DNA of 63,933 bases, filler included, from Thelocarpon superellum (Eukaryota), in assembly GCA_026025795.1 (NCBI GenBank). It is 7 parts of 7 records of this genome, joined end to end, with 100 filler letters (N's around TTAATTAATTAA, not from the genome) between each part and the next. Parts side by side here need not be neighbours in the genome. Positions count along the whole stretch, not along the records: positions 55,222 to 63,933 come from JAPEUG010000589.1; 6 more parts are not named here. The stretch is one strand, 5' to 3'. The position numbers and the translations under genes were made by a program. Position 1 is the first letter of the stretch; each line of letters starts with the position of its first letter. Shown piece after piece: positions 63,119-63,933 of this stretch. The notes under the pieces were generated by a model that saw nothing but the letters and a program-made list of their open reading frames with translations, searched no databases and was not told where the DNA came from.

Positions 63119-63153
63119 TAGTTATCAGTGGTAGTTATCAGTGGTAGTTATCA
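63119..63153 (+). repeat. 13-bp tandem repeat (TAGTTATCAGTGG) x2.7 carrying three TGATAA (GATA) motifs on the minus strand
   Basis: tagttatcagtggtagttatcagtggtagttatca. Confidence 0.8.
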
Positions 63154-63792
63154 CGAATTCTGACCAGGAATGCTTTTTTGGCGGGACGGGCTTGACTGCA
63201 CGCTTGCGGAAGTGTTGCCTCGCTACTCTCACTCTCCGCATCGCCGCGCACCGTGGGAGCGGGTTGACCCCTGTTAGTCTCCCGTTGATGCAGCTTCACT
63301 AGGATCCGTGCTAATCCTGCAGGCCCGATACATCTGTGCATGTATGGTGTGGTAGTCATGGTACTCCAACCCCATACTTGGACACACTTGCAGTCAATAA
63401 TCATCGCTGACACGCGTTCACATGCATGCATATGGTACGAATAAGGTACGGGGGTGAACGTACCCGGTCCCCGACGCCGGCCACGACCATCAATAGATTT
63501 CTTCATCTCCACTTCCTCGCCATTGCTCAAACCATGTCTTCTTATCGTCCATCTCCCCGAATGACAGAGCATTGTGGGGAGGGACTGTCTACGGTACGAC
63601 ATTTGACTACAGGGACCGTTGGGTCGCTTCCAGAGTGCTCCAGCTCCTGCTTCATCGTGATGCCTCAATCCCTGCCACGGCTTTTACCGCTCGACGCGAA
63701 CAGATACTGATACTCGTCGACGCCGAGAATTTCTGCCCAGCCCACCGCGATATTCGCGCAGAGATGTTCTGTTCAATGACCTCCCTCGAGAC

Positions 63793-63827
63793 GGTCGAGG
63801 GTCGAGGGTCGAGGGTCGAGGGTCGAG
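63793..63827 (+). repeat. (GGTCGAG)n heptamer repeat
   Basis: About five units. The reverse complement (CGACCCT)n occurs in a ceramide synthase intron near 53361-53385. Confidence 0.8.
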
Positions 63828-63933
63828 ATGTGAGGTTTGGGTCTCAGCCAGGGACATCGGTCGAAGAGTCGAGGGCTTTCTTGGACGCCCTTCACCGGGA
63901 GGCAGAGAAGTCGAGGCGCCGCGCGACTTTGGA

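Noticed and set aside
60600..63933. Many short ORFs upstream of kipA
   Set aside because: No homology cues or coherent exon structure. Treated as intergenic sequence with microsatellites.

Overview
GC-rich, intron-containing filamentous ascomycete (Pezizomycotina-like) DNA. The window is not one locus. It holds seven unrelated contigs of about 9 kb joined by an artificial 100-bp linker (N44-TTAATTAATTAA-N44) at 9257, 18478, 27692, 36892, 46033 and 55122, so gene adjacency only has meaning within a contig. Most genes are conserved housekeeping genes: CAF-1 p90, SPO11, UBC7, SEN2, RPC19, NDUFA6, BUD31, WC-2, RAD50, kinesin-3, HapB, an aldehyde dehydrogenase, U1A/U2B'', VMA8, SYF1, GYP2, BXI1, a ceramide synthase and kinesin-7. 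The notable items are: (i) a RAD50 start codon that appears to be assembled across two introns via a 2-nt microexon; (ii) a snR79-like C/D snoRNA plus a second orphan C/D candidate upstream of SEN2; (iii) a ~120-bp TG..CA element family with 5-bp target-site duplications on three contigs, one copy nested in the LTR of a decayed Ty1/copia element; (iv) two unrecognised Cys-rich secreted proteins flanking BUD31, one built from a duplicated domain. Exon boundaries were read by eye from GT..branch..AG signals, and family assignments come from recognised motifs, not database searches.
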